A stretch of DNA of 64,000 nt, taken from NCBI GenBank assembly GCA_024684375.1, contig JAIKWZ010000050.1, forward strand, positions 30,396 to 94,395, written 5' to 3'. Made by a program: the position numbers and the translations under genes. Below, piece by piece: positions 9,806 to 19,471 of this stretch. The stretch's first letter is position 1, and each line of letters opens with the position of its first letter. The stretch comes from Clostridiales bacterium (GTDB lineage: Bacteria > Bacillota > Clostridia > Christensenellales > Aristaeellaceae). The notes below the pieces were generated by a model, which worked only from the letters and a program-made list of their open reading frames with translations, had not been told where the DNA came from and ran no database searches.

Positions 9806-9834
9806 TTGATATTGCGGGCCGCGGGTGTTAGAAT
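9806..9834 (+). promoter_or_regulatory. sigma-70-type promoter TTGATA-17 nt-TAGAAT upstream of the DUF218 gene
   Basis: TTGATA at 9806-9811 and TAGAAT at 9829-9834 with an exact 17-nt spacer, about 170 nt upstream of ATG 10004. Confidence 0.5.
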
Positions 9835-10003
9835 AGACTTGAGGGACGCGAAGCGACGACAGCCCGCAAAAACACTGCGGGACAGGCGAACGTTTCCTCC
9901 CCGGCCGGACGGTTTGAACTGCGCCGCGGCAGAAACGAAACGCCCTGCCGCGTTAGACTGGCGCCGAAGCGGCATTTAATGGCGGACTGGAGGTTTGACC
10001 CAA

Positions 10004-10840
10004 ATGAAAATCAATATTATCGCGCTTATCATCCTGCTGTGCGTGTCTGCGGCGGCGCTGCTTCCCGCCGCGGGCGAAGACGGCGTTTCGGATCCGGGCC
10101 AAGCCCTGATCGAGCGCGCGGTGGTCACCTACGCCGCGACGGGGGCCAGAAACGAAGAGGCACTGGCCGAACTCAAAAAAGTCGACTCTGCCCTCGGAGA
10201 AAAGTGGATAAGCATAATGGATCTGTGGACAGCCCCGGTAACAGTCAACGACCGGCTGCCGGACGACCTTGCGCAGGACGATTCGCTGTGCCTGGTGGCG
10301 CTGGGCTTTCAGCTGAATCCGGACGGCACGATGCGGGCAGAACTGGTGGAGCGCCTGAAGGTATTGCTGGAGGCGGCGCGGCAGTATCCCAGCGCGCTCA
10401 TAGTATGCACGGGCGGCGGCACCGCGCTGGGCGACCCCGCAGCCACAGAGGCGGGGCGGATGAAGGAATGGCTGGTGTCGCAGGGCGTGGAGCCTTCCCG
10501 GGTGGAGGCGGAGGAACGTTCCCTGACCACCGCGCAGAATGCTATGTATACCTTCGAACTGCTTGAGGCAAAACATCCGCGGGTCAGGCATCTCGCGATC
10601 ATATCCAGCGACTACCATATCGCTACGGGCGCGCTGCTCTTCGGCGCGGAGGCGATACTGCGCGATAGCGATATCCGCGTCGTCAGCAACGCTGCCTGGC
10701 GCGCGCCGAGCGGCTCACTTTCCGCGATGTTCCAGGCAGGCGCGCTGATCGAGCTTTCCGGGGATAAGCGGACCGCCTATGACATCTATTATGACAATTA
10801 CGACATACACGGCCTGCAGTCCCTGGAAGAAGACCGGTGA
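10004..10840 (+). CDS. YdcF/DUF218 family protein with signal peptide or membrane anchor
   Basis: GGAGG lies 10 nt before the ATG. Hydrophobic N-terminus, then LVALGFQLNPDG...IVCTGGG...TEAGRMKEWL...TTAQNA...IISSDYH (DUF218 pattern). Confidence 0.75.
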   Translation: MKINIIALIILLCVSAAALLPAAGEDGVSDPGQALIERAVVTYAATGARNEEALAELKKVDSALGEKWISIMDLWTAPVTVNDRLPDDLAQDDSLCLVALGFQLNPDGTMRAELVERLKVLLEAARQYPSALIVCTGGGTALGDPAATEAGRMKEWLVSQGVEPSRVEAEERSLTTAQNAMYTFELLEAKHPRVRHLAIISSDYHIATGALLFGAEAILRDSDIRVVSNAAWRAPSGSLSAMFQAGALIELSGDKRTAYDIYYDNYDIHGLQSLEEDR

Positions 10841-10872
10841 CGCTCTGCCCGTGCGGAAAAGAGGGATGACGC

Positions 10873-11415
10873 GTGGTTTTGGAAACTGAAAGGCTGATAC
10901 TGCGGCCCTGGGACGCGGCGGACGCCGAGGAATGCTATAAATACGCGAAGGACCCCCGCGTGGGGCCAAGCGCCGGGTGGCCGGCCCATACCGACCCGGA
11001 ACACAGCCGCCGGGTCATACTTGACGTGCTTTCGGCGCCGGAAACTTTCGCGATCGTGCTTAAGGAAACGGGACTGCCGATAGGAAGCATAGGCCTGCAC
11101 CGCAACGATCTTGCCCAAAAGGCGGACGAGATGGAACTGGGCTACTGGCTGGGCGTTCCCTATTGGGGACGCGGCCTGACGACGGAAGCGGCCCGGGAGA
11201 TGCTCAGGCACGCGTTTGAGGATCTGAAGCTCGAGCGCGTGTGGTGCGGCTATTACGAGGGCAATCTCAGGTCGAAGCGGGTGCAGGAGAAGCTCGGATT
11301 TAAATACCAATGGACAAGCGATGATGTACCCGTACTTCAGATGGGAGAAACGCGACGGGGCCATGTCAGCCTGCTGCGCAGGGAAGACTGGCTCAGGGGG
11401 GACACTAAGCGCTGA
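10873..11415 (+). CDS. GNAT family N-acetyltransferase (RimJ/RimL-like)
   Basis: GTG start. LETERLILRPW N-terminus and LGYWLGVPYWGRGLTTEAAREML. Confidence 0.8.
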   Translation: MVLETERLILRPWDAADAEECYKYAKDPRVGPSAGWPAHTDPEHSRRVILDVLSAPETFAIVLKETGLPIGSIGLHRNDLAQKADEMELGYWLGVPYWGRGLTTEAAREMLRHAFEDLKLERVWCGYYEGNLRSKRVQEKLGFKYQWTSDDVPVLQMGETRRGHVSLLRREDWLRGDTKR

Positions 11416-11458
11416 CGCCCGCGCGCATGGGGACATCAGCGCGGACAGCTCACGCTTC

Positions 11459-13180
11459 TCAGGCGGAGATCTGCGCGTCGCTGTAGCAGAAAGTGCGCGC
11501 GTAAGCATCTGAGTTGACAAAAGTGAAGGCGGTGCCGTTCACGGTGACTGTGTGCGTCCCTGCGGAATGCAGGGAGAGGGAGACGGACCTGACGCTGCCT
11601 CCCGTGCTCACCCTCGCGTAGCCCAGGACTATAAGCGTGCCGCCGGTCACGGACACCGAACCGTCCGCGTCCAGTGCGGCGGCCATCTGGCTGCTCGGCC
11701 CCCTGGTGATGACCACACCGCCGGACTGCCTGTAATTGCCGTTGCTGTCGATGCCGTCAACGTCGCCGCTTGCGGAAACGGTCACGTCGAGATAGCCGCC
11801 GCTTATGTTGACCAGGGGAGCAGAGCTGCCGCTGCATGCGTTCACGCCGTCGTCGTTCGCGCTCACCCGGGTGCTCCCGCCGGAGATGTTGATGACGTTT
11901 GCCTCGAGCCCCTCATAGGCGCTTTCGATCACGACAGTGCCGCCGGAAATGTTGAGGGTGCTGTCCGCGTGGATGGCGTCCGCGCCGGCGGCGCTCTGCT
12001 GGCCGCTCCAGCCGCCCCGGCCTCCCCAGCCGCGTCCGTTATAGACGCCCCGGTCGGAGCCGCCCATGGTCTTGCCTTCGGGGGAATTGACGTTCAGGGT
12101 CACGCTGCCGCCTGAGATGCTTATGGTGCCTTTTCCGGCCGTGCCGTCGTCAAGCGACGTCCCCTGATCAGCGTGGAACGCGTCGTCGTAGCTTTTGACG
12201 CTGATGCTGCCCGCCTGTATGATAAGTTCGTTTTGTACCTTTACGCCTTTCCAGGAATCTGTCGCGGCATCGGAAGCGGTGTATTCGCTGTACGCTCCGG
12301 TATATACCGTCACGCTGGGGACGCTCCCGTCCTCGCCGGAAACCAGCTCGAAATTCCGCGCCGCCTGGAAACCGTCGCCCGCGGCGTACACCGTCATCGA
12401 GCCGCCGGAGATGACCATGCTGCCACGGGTCACGCCGTTTTTGTTCACGTTGGTGTTTTCAGTCTTGACGCCGTCGCCGTAGGTTGAGATCGCGACCACG
12501 GCGCCGCCTGTCATGGAAAAGGAATCGTTGCCCTTTATGGCGTTGTTGCGGGCGGTGACCTTTAGGAACAGCTTTTGTACAGTCAGATCCTTGGTGGTGT
12601 GGACGCCGTTGTTGTACCCCGCGTTCACGACCAGAGTGCCGCTGCCCTTGAGCTTCAGGTCACAGGCGGCATATATGGCGCCTTCGCCCTGGGAAGCACT
12701 GTCGGCCTGTTTGGCGGCTCGGGTGTCGTTTATCACGTTTTCGGTATCTTTTTTGGCGGAGATATCCAGACTGCCGGCACGCACCGCCTTGACGGGGGAG
12801 TCCGTGGCGCAGGTAACGGTGACTCCGGAAAGCTCCAGGGTGACCTTGTCGTTTTCGCCCGCGTCGATAAGTATCTGGCCTTCCAGCAGACCGCTGAGCG
12901 AGTAAGTGCCTGCAGAGGTGACGGTATAAACGTTTCCTGAGCGGCTGAACGCGCCGTCCTCAGTGGTCATGACGAAAGCCTCGGCTGTCTCCTTCGCGTT
13001 TATGTCCTGAGCGGAGACGGGCTGCGAGCTGCTTTCGGCGGTCGCGGCGGGGACAGTGTAAACGGCGGTGCCGGAGCCTGTCCCGGACACGGCGCTCATC
13101 CTCACGAACGCGGCGATGCCCACGAGCAGCGCGAGCGCCAGCAGGATGGCGATCTCTTTTTTATATTTCCTATATTTCAT
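11459..13180 (-). CDS. secreted or anchored beta-helix protein, carbohydrate-binding Cthe_2159-like
   Basis: Start taken at MKYRKYKKEIAILLALALLV (signal anchor). Six or more (I/V)SGG(S/T) turn repeats typical of parallel beta-helix carbohydrate-binding proteins. Confidence 0.6.
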   Translation of the reverse strand: MKYRKYKKEIAILLALALLVGIAAFVRMSAVSGTGSGTAVYTVPAATAESSSQPVSAQDINAKETAEAFVMTTEDGAFSRSGNVYTVTSAGTYSLSGLLEGQILIDAGENDKVTLELSGVTVTCATDSPVKAVRAGSLDISAKKDTENVINDTRAAKQADSASQGEGAIYAACDLKLKGSGTLVVNAGYNNGVHTTKDLTVQKLFLKVTARNNAIKGNDSFSMTGGAVVAISTYGDGVKTENTNVNKNGVTRGSMVISGGSMTVYAAGDGFQAARNFELVSGEDGSVPSVTVYTGAYSEYTASDAATDSWKGVKVQNELIIQAGSISVKSYDDAFHADQGTSLDDGTAGKGTISISGGSVTLNVNSPEGKTMGGSDRGVYNGRGWGGRGGWSGQQSAAGADAIHADSTLNISGGTVVIESAYEGLEANVINISGGSTRVSANDDGVNACSGSSAPLVNISGGYLDVTVSASGDVDGIDSNGNYRQSGGVVITRGPSSQMAAALDADGSVSVTGGTLIVLGYARVSTGGSVRSVSLSLHSAGTHTVTVNGTAFTFVNSDAYARTFCYSDAQISA

Positions 13181-13391
13181 ATCGTAAGATCTCCTGTTTA
13201 TGTTATCAAGCGGCAGGGGTTCGGCTGAGCGCTTTCTCCTCATTGCGGATGCGAGTATAGCGCGTGAACCTAAAACCAGGCTAAAGCCATAGTTAATTCA
13301 ATATTGCTTTCACATCACGGGAGGGGGCACTTCCCAAAGGCAAATTATTGTTCCGGCAGGCTGGATATTGTTCCGATAATGTGGTATCCTT

Positions 13392-13934
13392 ATGAGACAG
13401 CATGAAAAGGACAGCCTGTTTATGGAGCTCTGGGACGCGTACGATGAACACGGCAATAAGATAAGCGGAGTGACGCTCGTCAGGGGAGAAAAGATACCGG
13501 ACGGACAGTTCCACCTGGTGTGCGACATCATAGTGCGCCACGAGGACGGGGAATATCTGCTCACGCGGCGGGATTCGCGCAAGCCCTTCGGCGGCCTTTG
13601 GGAAGCCAGCGCGGGCGGCTCCGCCATACAGGGCGAGGACGCGCTTGCCTGCGCGAAACGAGAACTGTTTGAGGAGACGGGCATCAGGGCGGACGCGCTC
13701 ACGCGGCTGGGCACCGTCGTAAGGCCCGAAAACCACTGCATCTATGCCGTTTTCATGTGCCGGACCGACTGGCCAAAGGACAGGATCGTCCTCCAGGAGG
13801 GCGAGACCGTGGCGTTCAGGTGGGTGACGAAAGAAATGCTGGCAAACATGAGCAGGGATGAGCTTATCACCTACCGCGCCCAGAACTATATAGACGAACT
13901 TAAGCAGGCGGCGAAAAACAGGGAGGCCAAATGA
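13392..13934 (+). CDS. NUDIX hydrolase
   Basis: Nudix box GGSAIQGEDALACAKRELFEETGI. ATG 13422 is an alternative start. Confidence 0.8.
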   Translation: MRQHEKDSLFMELWDAYDEHGNKISGVTLVRGEKIPDGQFHLVCDIIVRHEDGEYLLTRRDSRKPFGGLWEASAGGSAIQGEDALACAKRELFEETGIRADALTRLGTVVRPENHCIYAVFMCRTDWPKDRIVLQEGETVAFRWVTKEMLANMSRDELITYRAQNYIDELKQAAKNREAK

Positions 13935-14380
13935 CGGATTACAGGCTTATTACAGAACAGATCAAAGCGCTTGCCGAGGAATCGAACGACCCAATACCCG
14001 TGATGGCCAACGTGTCCGCGCTGCTGTTTCACGCCATGGAGGACGTGAACTGGGCGGGGTTCTATTTGGTCAAAGGCGCTTCGCTGCTGCTGGGCCCCTT
14101 CCAGGGCAAGGCGGCGTGCGTAAGGATAGCGAAAGGACGTGGGGTGTGCGGCACGGCTTGGGCGCAGGACAAGACCCAGCTGGTGCCTGACGTGCATGCC
14201 TTCCCCGGGCACATAGCGTGCGACAGCGCATCACTGTCCGAGATCGTGGTGCCGGTCCACGCGGCAGGGCAGGTCATTGGGGTGCTCGACATAGACAGTC
14301 CCGTGTTTTCGCGCTTTAACGAAGACGACCGGGCAGGGCTGACGGAGCTTGTTGAGACGATAGAGCGGATAATCGGGTGA
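13931..14380 (+). CDS. msrC: GAF-domain free methionine-(R)-sulfoxide reductase
   Basis: ATGA overlap with the upstream stop. VNWAGFYL...LLLGPFQGKAACVRIAKGRGVCGTA...FPGHIACDSASLSEIVVP matches the YebR/MsrC pattern. Confidence 0.8.
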   Translation: MTDYRLITEQIKALAEESNDPIPVMANVSALLFHAMEDVNWAGFYLVKGASLLLGPFQGKAACVRIAKGRGVCGTAWAQDKTQLVPDVHAFPGHIACDSASLSEIVVPVHAAGQVIGVLDIDSPVFSRFNEDDRAGLTELVETIERIIG

Positions 14381-14398
14381 CCCGATCGGGAGGACAGT

Positions 14399-15208
14399 AT
14401 GACCATAGGAATAATCGGGCTGGGACACATGGGGCAGGCCTTTATCGAGGGTCTGGTCAAAAGCGGCGTCAGGGAAGAGGACCTTAGCGTGAACGCCCGT
14501 ACGGAAACAAGCATGGATACGGTCAAAGCGCGCTGGCCCGGAGTGCGGGCGACGCCGGACAAAGGGGAACTTATCGCACGTGCGGACATGATCGTTATTG
14601 CCGTTAAACCTCAGAACGCCAAAGAGGCGCTGGGCGAGATGGCGCGTTACGACCTTACGGGCAAACTCATAGTCAGCTTCATGGCGGGAGTCAGCATAAG
14701 CGATACCCACAAAATGCTGGGTGACGCCGAAAACCGCTTGAGCGTCATCCGCATGATGCCGAACCTGGCCATCGCCAGCCTGACGGGCGTAACGGGCATG
14801 TGCCCCGAAAGCGGCGTCAAGGGCATGGAACAGGCCGAAGAGGTGTTCGGGAAGCTGGGCTTCCTTATCCCCGTGCCGGAGGACGACCTGGGCGCGGTCA
14901 CTGTGTGCGCGGGCAGCGGCCCCGCCTTCGCGGCATTCCTGATGCTGGAATACCGCAGCGCGTGCGAAAAACTGTTCGGCAGCCGTGAGACCAGCGGCGA
15001 AGTGATGCGGCGCATGTTCGAGAACGCGCTGAGCATGACCGCGGGAGGAGACATGACGCTGGAAAATCTGATAGACAAGATCAGCACGAAGGGCGGCGTG
15101 ACCGAGGCGGGCGTCAACAGGCTCAAAACCGCAGGAATAAGCGCGCTCATCGGCGAGTGCTTTGACGCGGCGCTTGAGCGCATAAAGGAACTCGACCCAT
15201 CGAAATGA
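14399..15208 (+). CDS. proC: pyrroline-5-carboxylate reductase
   Basis: IGIIGLGHMGQA Rossmann loop, IAVKPQ, GSGPAF and KGGVTEAG. Confidence 0.85.
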   Translation: MTIGIIGLGHMGQAFIEGLVKSGVREEDLSVNARTETSMDTVKARWPGVRATPDKGELIARADMIVIAVKPQNAKEALGEMARYDLTGKLIVSFMAGVSISDTHKMLGDAENRLSVIRMMPNLAIASLTGVTGMCPESGVKGMEQAEEVFGKLGFLIPVPEDDLGAVTVCAGSGPAFAAFLMLEYRSACEKLFGSRETSGEVMRRMFENALSMTAGGDMTLENLIDKISTKGGVTEAGVNRLKTAGISALIGECFDAALERIKELDPSK

Positions 15209-15250
15209 ACCGAGCCGGCTCCGCGCGGAGGGCGGCAAAGGAAGGACAGT

Positions 15251-15922
15251 ATGGATAAAAAACTGTGTACCGACGGGCTGACCAAATTTCTGGCGGGACT
15301 GCTGCTGGTGGGGGCGCTGCTGTTCATCCCGGCGGGCTCGCTGAGCTATTGGCAGGCGTGGCTGTTTATCTGCGTACTGTTTATGCCGATGCTCATCGCC
15401 GGGATCATACTGCTCAGGAAAAACCCCGAGCTGCTCAGAAAACGCCTGAACGCCAAAGAAAAGCGCGGCGAGCAGAAGGCGGTCGTCGTCCTGGGCGGGC
15501 TCATGTTCCTGGCGGCGTTCATACTGGCGGGGCTTAATCACCGCTTTGAATGGATAACCCTGCCCTCCTGGGTCTCATGGGCGGCGGCGGGCGTGTTCCT
15601 GCTGGGATACGGCCTGTACGCGGAAGTGCTCAGGGAAAACGCCTACCTGTCCCGCACGATAGAGGTACAAGAAAACCAGAAGGTGATCGACTCGGGACTG
15701 TACGGCACCGTGCGCCACCCGATGTACATGAGCACGGTCATCATGTTCCTGTCCATGCCGCTGGCGCTGGGCTCGGTCATATCCTTTATCGTCATGCTGG
15801 CGTACATCCCCATAATAGTCAAACGCATCAAAGACGAAGAGCAGCTGCTGGAAAAAGAGCTTGACGGATATACGGAGTATGAGCGGAAGGTGAAGTTCCG
15901 GCTCGTTCCGTTTGTGTGGTAA
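15251..15922 (+). CDS. isoprenylcysteine carboxyl / phospholipid methyltransferase family membrane protein
   Basis: Several TM segments. VIDSGLYGTVRHPMYMS and EEQLLEKELDGYTEY are the ICMT/PEMT signature. Confidence 0.75.
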   Translation: MDKKLCTDGLTKFLAGLLLVGALLFIPAGSLSYWQAWLFICVLFMPMLIAGIILLRKNPELLRKRLNAKEKRGEQKAVVVLGGLMFLAAFILAGLNHRFEWITLPSWVSWAAAGVFLLGYGLYAEVLRENAYLSRTIEVQENQKVIDSGLYGTVRHPMYMSTVIMFLSMPLALGSVISFIVMLAYIPIIVKRIKDEEQLLEKELDGYTEYERKVKFRLVPFVW

Positions 15923-15936
15923 GGAGAAAAACGGTC

Positions 15937-16272
15937 ATGGCGTCACGCAGAGAATACCTTGATTTCATCCTCGACCAGCTCTCGGGACTGGAAGAAGTGA
16001 GCTGGCGGGCGATGATGGGGGAATTCATTCTTTATTATCGCGGCAAGCCGGTCGGCGGCATATACGACGACCGCCTGCTGGTAAAACCCGTCAAGGCGGC
16101 GCTTGAAATGATGCCGGACGCGGACACGGAGCTGCCCTACGAAGGCGCAAAGCCCATGCTTTTGGTCGACAGGGTGGATGACAGAGAATTCCTGAAAGCG
16201 CTGTTTACCGCCATATACCCCGAATTGCCGGAAGCGAAGCCCAGACCTGCGCGAAGCAGGCCCCGCGGCTGA
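15937..16272 (+). CDS. TfoX/Sxy N-terminal domain protein
   Basis: AAGGAG RBS. MMGEFILYYRGKPVGGIYDDRLLVKP pattern. Confidence 0.65.
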   Translation: MASRREYLDFILDQLSGLEEVSWRAMMGEFILYYRGKPVGGIYDDRLLVKPVKAALEMMPDADTELPYEGAKPMLLVDRVDDREFLKALFTAIYPELPEAKPRPARSRPRG

Positions 16273-16345
16273 TCCGCGGCAGCGTGGGACACGCCTCGAT
16301 ACGTTTGTTCCGCTATATCCGAAAAAAAGATTTAAGCTGGAAAAC

Positions 16346-16798
16346 ATGATCATTTCAGTGGACAAAACAACCTTGCCGCAGGCAGCGACGGTACATTCGA
16401 CCTCATGGATAGAGTCGCATCGTTCTTTCTGTACCCCTGAGTTTGTCGGTATGCACACGCCCGAAAGGCAGCAGGAATATATACAAAAAAAGATAAACTC
16501 CGGTAGCAGCTTCTATATGCTGGTCGAAGATGAGCCGATCGGTGTTGTTTCGGTCAGAGAGAGTCTGATCGAAGATCTTTATATCTTACCGGATAAACAG
16601 AAAATGGGATACGGCACGCAATTGCTGAGATTCGCGATCGAGCGATGCACCGGCATCCCGACTCTCTGGATACTCGAAAACAACACCGATGCAAAACGGT
16701 TTTATCATAAAGCAGGTTTTAAGGAAACAGGCAAGATCCACGCGATAACAGATGGGCTTGATGAGATCGAACTCTCATATGCGTTATCTCCGGTCTGA
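16346..16798 (+). CDS. GNAT family N-acetyltransferase
   Basis: IEDLYILPDKQKMGYGTQLLRFAIE...FYHKAGF. G+C is lower than in the flanks. Confidence 0.75.
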   Translation: MIISVDKTTLPQAATVHSTSWIESHRSFCTPEFVGMHTPERQQEYIQKKINSGSSFYMLVEDEPIGVVSVRESLIEDLYILPDKQKMGYGTQLLRFAIERCTGIPTLWILENNTDAKRFYHKAGFKETGKIHAITDGLDEIELSYALSPV

Positions 16799-16810
16799 GG
16801 AGCCGATAAT

Positions 16811-17272
16811 ATGACGATAAAAGAAGTTACGGATCCTGTTGAAAAACAAAGCGTAGTGCGGCTGGTATTGGAGGCTTTGCCTGATTGGTTTGGGATCCCC
16901 GAATCACGAGAAGCCTATATTCGTGAAAGCAAAAATCAGCTGCTCTATGCGGCATACGATGAAGGCCGCCCTGTCGGATTCATCTGCCTGAAAGAAACAG
17001 GCAAAGATACGGCTGAATTGTCCGTATTAGGCGTGCTGAAGGAATACCACAGGCAGGGCATAGGCCGGGACCTGTTCCTTAAGGCAAAAGAAGCTGCCGT
17101 CGGGAAAGGCTATTCATTTCTTCAGGTCAAGACTGTTAAGATGGGCGTATACGAGGATTACGATAACACGAACCGCTTTTATCTCGCTCTTGGCTTTAAG
17201 GAATTTGAAGTATTCCCACTACTGTGGGACGAGAATAATCCGTGCCAGATATATGTGATGTCCCTTATGTAG
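16811..17272 (+). CDS. GNAT family N-acetyltransferase
   Basis: LGVLKEYHRQGIGRDLFLKAKE...FYLALGF. Confidence 0.8.
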   Translation: MTIKEVTDPVEKQSVVRLVLEALPDWFGIPESREAYIRESKNQLLYAAYDEGRPVGFICLKETGKDTAELSVLGVLKEYHRQGIGRDLFLKAKEAAVGKGYSFLQVKTVKMGVYEDYDNTNRFYLALGFKEFEVFPLLWDENNPCQIYVMSLM

Positions 17273-17438
17273 AACTCTTTATGGGCCGAAGCCGTCCGGC
17301 TGCCGAGCCGGAACGACCGTATGACACAGATCGGAAAATGACTTTGAGTCAGGTGAATGCAGCGCGAGCCAGAGGTCCCGGTTTGCTTTGCGCTTCCGGG
17401 AGAGCTGGTCTGTTCCGCCGACTGGAGGCAGGCAAGAG

Positions 17439-18419
17439 ATGCTGACGTTTTATGTTCCCAAGCCCGAAGAGATGTGGTTCAAGCAGAAAATGCTTGCGGA
17501 CGAAGCTACCATGTCCTACAACCGCGCCTGGGGAGGAACCATCCCCTTCCCGGAAGACAAATGGTCCGGCTGGTACGGCCGCTGGATAGCCGCGCCGGAA
17601 GGCAAACGCTTTTACAGGTACCTGAAAGACGAAAACGGGCAGTTTGTCGGAGAGGCCGCTTATCACTGGGACGAAGACGTGCCGGGCTTCATGGCTGACG
17701 TGCTCATATACGCGCCGTTCAGGGGCAAAGGGCACGGAAGCGCCGCGATTGAACTGCTCTGCGAAGCGGCGAGGGAAAACGGTTTAGATACTCTGTACGA
17801 CTCGATCGCCGCCGACAATCCCTCCGTCGGGTTGTTCCTTAAGCACGGTTTCACGGAGGTATCCCGCACGGAGGAAAGCGTGCTGGTAAAAAAGGCGCTG
17901 AAGCACCGCGGCATGGACTTCGTGATAAAGAAGATGGAGACCGAGGCGGAGATAAAGGGCAAGGCGTACGTGAACTGGCAGTCCTGGCAGGAAGCGTACA
18001 AAGGCCTGATCGACCAGAGCTTCCTGGACAGGCTCACGCCGGAAGAGTGCGAAAAGATCGCCCGCAGATGGCCGGACAACATCTTTATAGCAAAAGACGG
18101 CGAAAAGGTCATCGGCTTCTCTGCCTACGGCAATTACCGGGGAGACGACCTTGCCGACACCGGGGAGATAATAGCTATCTACGTGCTCAAAGAGTATTAC
18201 GGCACCGGAGCGGGCAGGGCGCTGATGGACGCAGCGCTATCCATGCTGGACCAGCCGAAGGTGGCGCTGTGGGTGCTCAAGGGCAACGGCCGCGCCGTAC
18301 GCTTCTACGAAAAGTGCGGCTTCCGCCCGGACGGCGCCGAAAAGACGCAGACCATCGGGTCCCCGGTCACGGAAATAAGAATGGTGCTGGTCAGGCAGCC
18401 GGATATGGGGAGGAACTGA
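17439..18419 (+). CDS. double-GNAT acetyltransferase
   Basis: ATG 17439 follows GGAGG (the track ORF starts at 17388). First domain VLIYAPFRGKGHGSAAIELL...FLKHGF; second IAIYVLKEYYGTGAGRALMDAAL...FYEKCGF. Confidence 0.75.
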   Translation: MLTFYVPKPEEMWFKQKMLADEATMSYNRAWGGTIPFPEDKWSGWYGRWIAAPEGKRFYRYLKDENGQFVGEAAYHWDEDVPGFMADVLIYAPFRGKGHGSAAIELLCEAARENGLDTLYDSIAADNPSVGLFLKHGFTEVSRTEESVLVKKALKHRGMDFVIKKMETEAEIKGKAYVNWQSWQEAYKGLIDQSFLDRLTPEECEKIARRWPDNIFIAKDGEKVIGFSAYGNYRGDDLADTGEIIAIYVLKEYYGTGAGRALMDAALSMLDQPKVALWVLKGNGRAVRFYEKCGFRPDGAEKTQTIGSPVTEIRMVLVRQPDMGRN

Positions 18420-18932
18420 ATGGTCACGAGACATGTCGTCGTGCTGCCCTACGACAAAAACTGGGCAGAGGCATTCAAGGCCATAGAAGCGGAACTGAAA
18501 GCCGCGCTGGGAGATCTGGCGCTTGCTATCGAGCACGTGGGCAGCACCTCAGTGCCGGGGCTGTGGGCAAAGCCCATAATCGACATAGACGCGGTTATAA
18601 AGGATCGCTCCCAGCTGGACGATGCCATACAGGAGCTTAACAGGATCGGCTACCGGCATGAGGGCGACCTGGGCATCCCCGGGAGAGAAGCCTTCGGCTA
18701 CGAGGGCAAGCAGCACCTTATGCAGCACCACCTGTACGTGTGCGCGGAGGCTTCCGGGGAGCTGAAGCGGCACCTCGCCTTCAGGGACTACCTGCGCGCC
18801 CATCCAGGCGCCGTCAGCGAGTACAGCCGCGTCAAGCGGGAAGCCGCGGCGCTGTACCCGTACGACATAGACAGTTACATCGCGCACAAATCCCCGTTCA
18901 TAGAAAAGATCTATGAAGAACTGGGGATTTGA
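18420..18932 (+). CDS. GrpB family protein (nucleotidyltransferase-fold)
   Basis: The start abuts the upstream stop. IEHVGSTSVPGLWAKPIIDID and HHLYVC...FRDYLRAHP are the GrpB signature. Confidence 0.8.
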   Translation: MVTRHVVVLPYDKNWAEAFKAIEAELKAALGDLALAIEHVGSTSVPGLWAKPIIDIDAVIKDRSQLDDAIQELNRIGYRHEGDLGIPGREAFGYEGKQHLMQHHLYVCAEASGELKRHLAFRDYLRAHPGAVSEYSRVKREAAALYPYDIDSYIAHKSPFIEKIYEELGI

Positions 18933-18967
18933 CATCCCTGACAGCCGGATACCAAAGAGGTGACACC

Positions 18968-19189
18968 ATGTTTTTCCGCAAAAAGACACCGCCGACAACC
19001 GACATCGGTTACGACCCCGAGACCCAGTACCCCGCCATACGTTCCTCCATCTGCACCGGCGAAAAGGTGGCGGGCTTCAAGAACAAAAAGGACGGGCGCT
19101 TTACCGAGGTCATGCTGATACGCTCTCCCGAGGACGAGGAGCGCTTCAAAAAGCAGTACAACGTAAGCGAGCTGCCCGTGGAGTATTGA
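18968..19189 (+). CDS. small hypothetical protein (73 aa)
   Basis: ATG 18968; packed between the GrpB and TIGR04076 genes. No family recognised. Confidence 0.45.
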   Translation: MFFRKKTPPTTDIGYDPETQYPAIRSSICTGEKVAGFKNKKDGRFTEVMLIRSPEDEERFKKQYNVSELPVEY

Positions 19190-19191
19190 CT

Positions 19192-19458
19192 ATGGCAAAA
19201 GTTAAGCTCACCGTCACGCACAGCGAGTGCAGGAGCGCTTACCACAAACAGGGCGACTGTTTCGTGGTGGAAGACCTGTGCCCGCCCATTTGCCACGAAC
19301 TGTGGAACGTGATATATCCTTACGTGTTCGCGCTTCAAAACGGCGGAGACCTCGACTGCGGGGACAAAAAGGCGCGGACCTTCTTCGTCCGCTGTCCCGA
19401 CGGAGGCAGAGTGGCCGTGCGCGGAGAACTGCTCAGGGAAGACGAAGGCAGCAGGTGA
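19192..19458 (+). CDS. TIGR04076 family Cys-rich protein
   Basis: SECRSAYHKQGDCFVVEDLCPPICHELWNVIYPYVFALQNGGDLDCG matches the TIGR04076 pattern as I remember it. Confidence 0.7.
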   Translation: MAKVKLTVTHSECRSAYHKQGDCFVVEDLCPPICHELWNVIYPYVFALQNGGDLDCGDKKARTFFVRCPDGGRVAVRGELLREDEGSR

Positions 19459-19471
19459 GGGGAGCACACCC

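Noticed and set aside
11459-13180. Periodic repeats that might be mistaken for a repeat array.
   Set aside because: The periodicity is at the protein level (ISGG beta-helix turns) inside one continuous ORF. The DNA repeats are not identical and there is no CRISPR-like repeat/spacer structure.
17273-17438. A 166-nt leader with small hairpins upstream of the second double-GNAT gene, as a possible riboswitch.
   Set aside because: No match to any riboswitch core I know, and the hairpins are short (CGGCT/AGCCG). The evidence is too thin to report as a feature.
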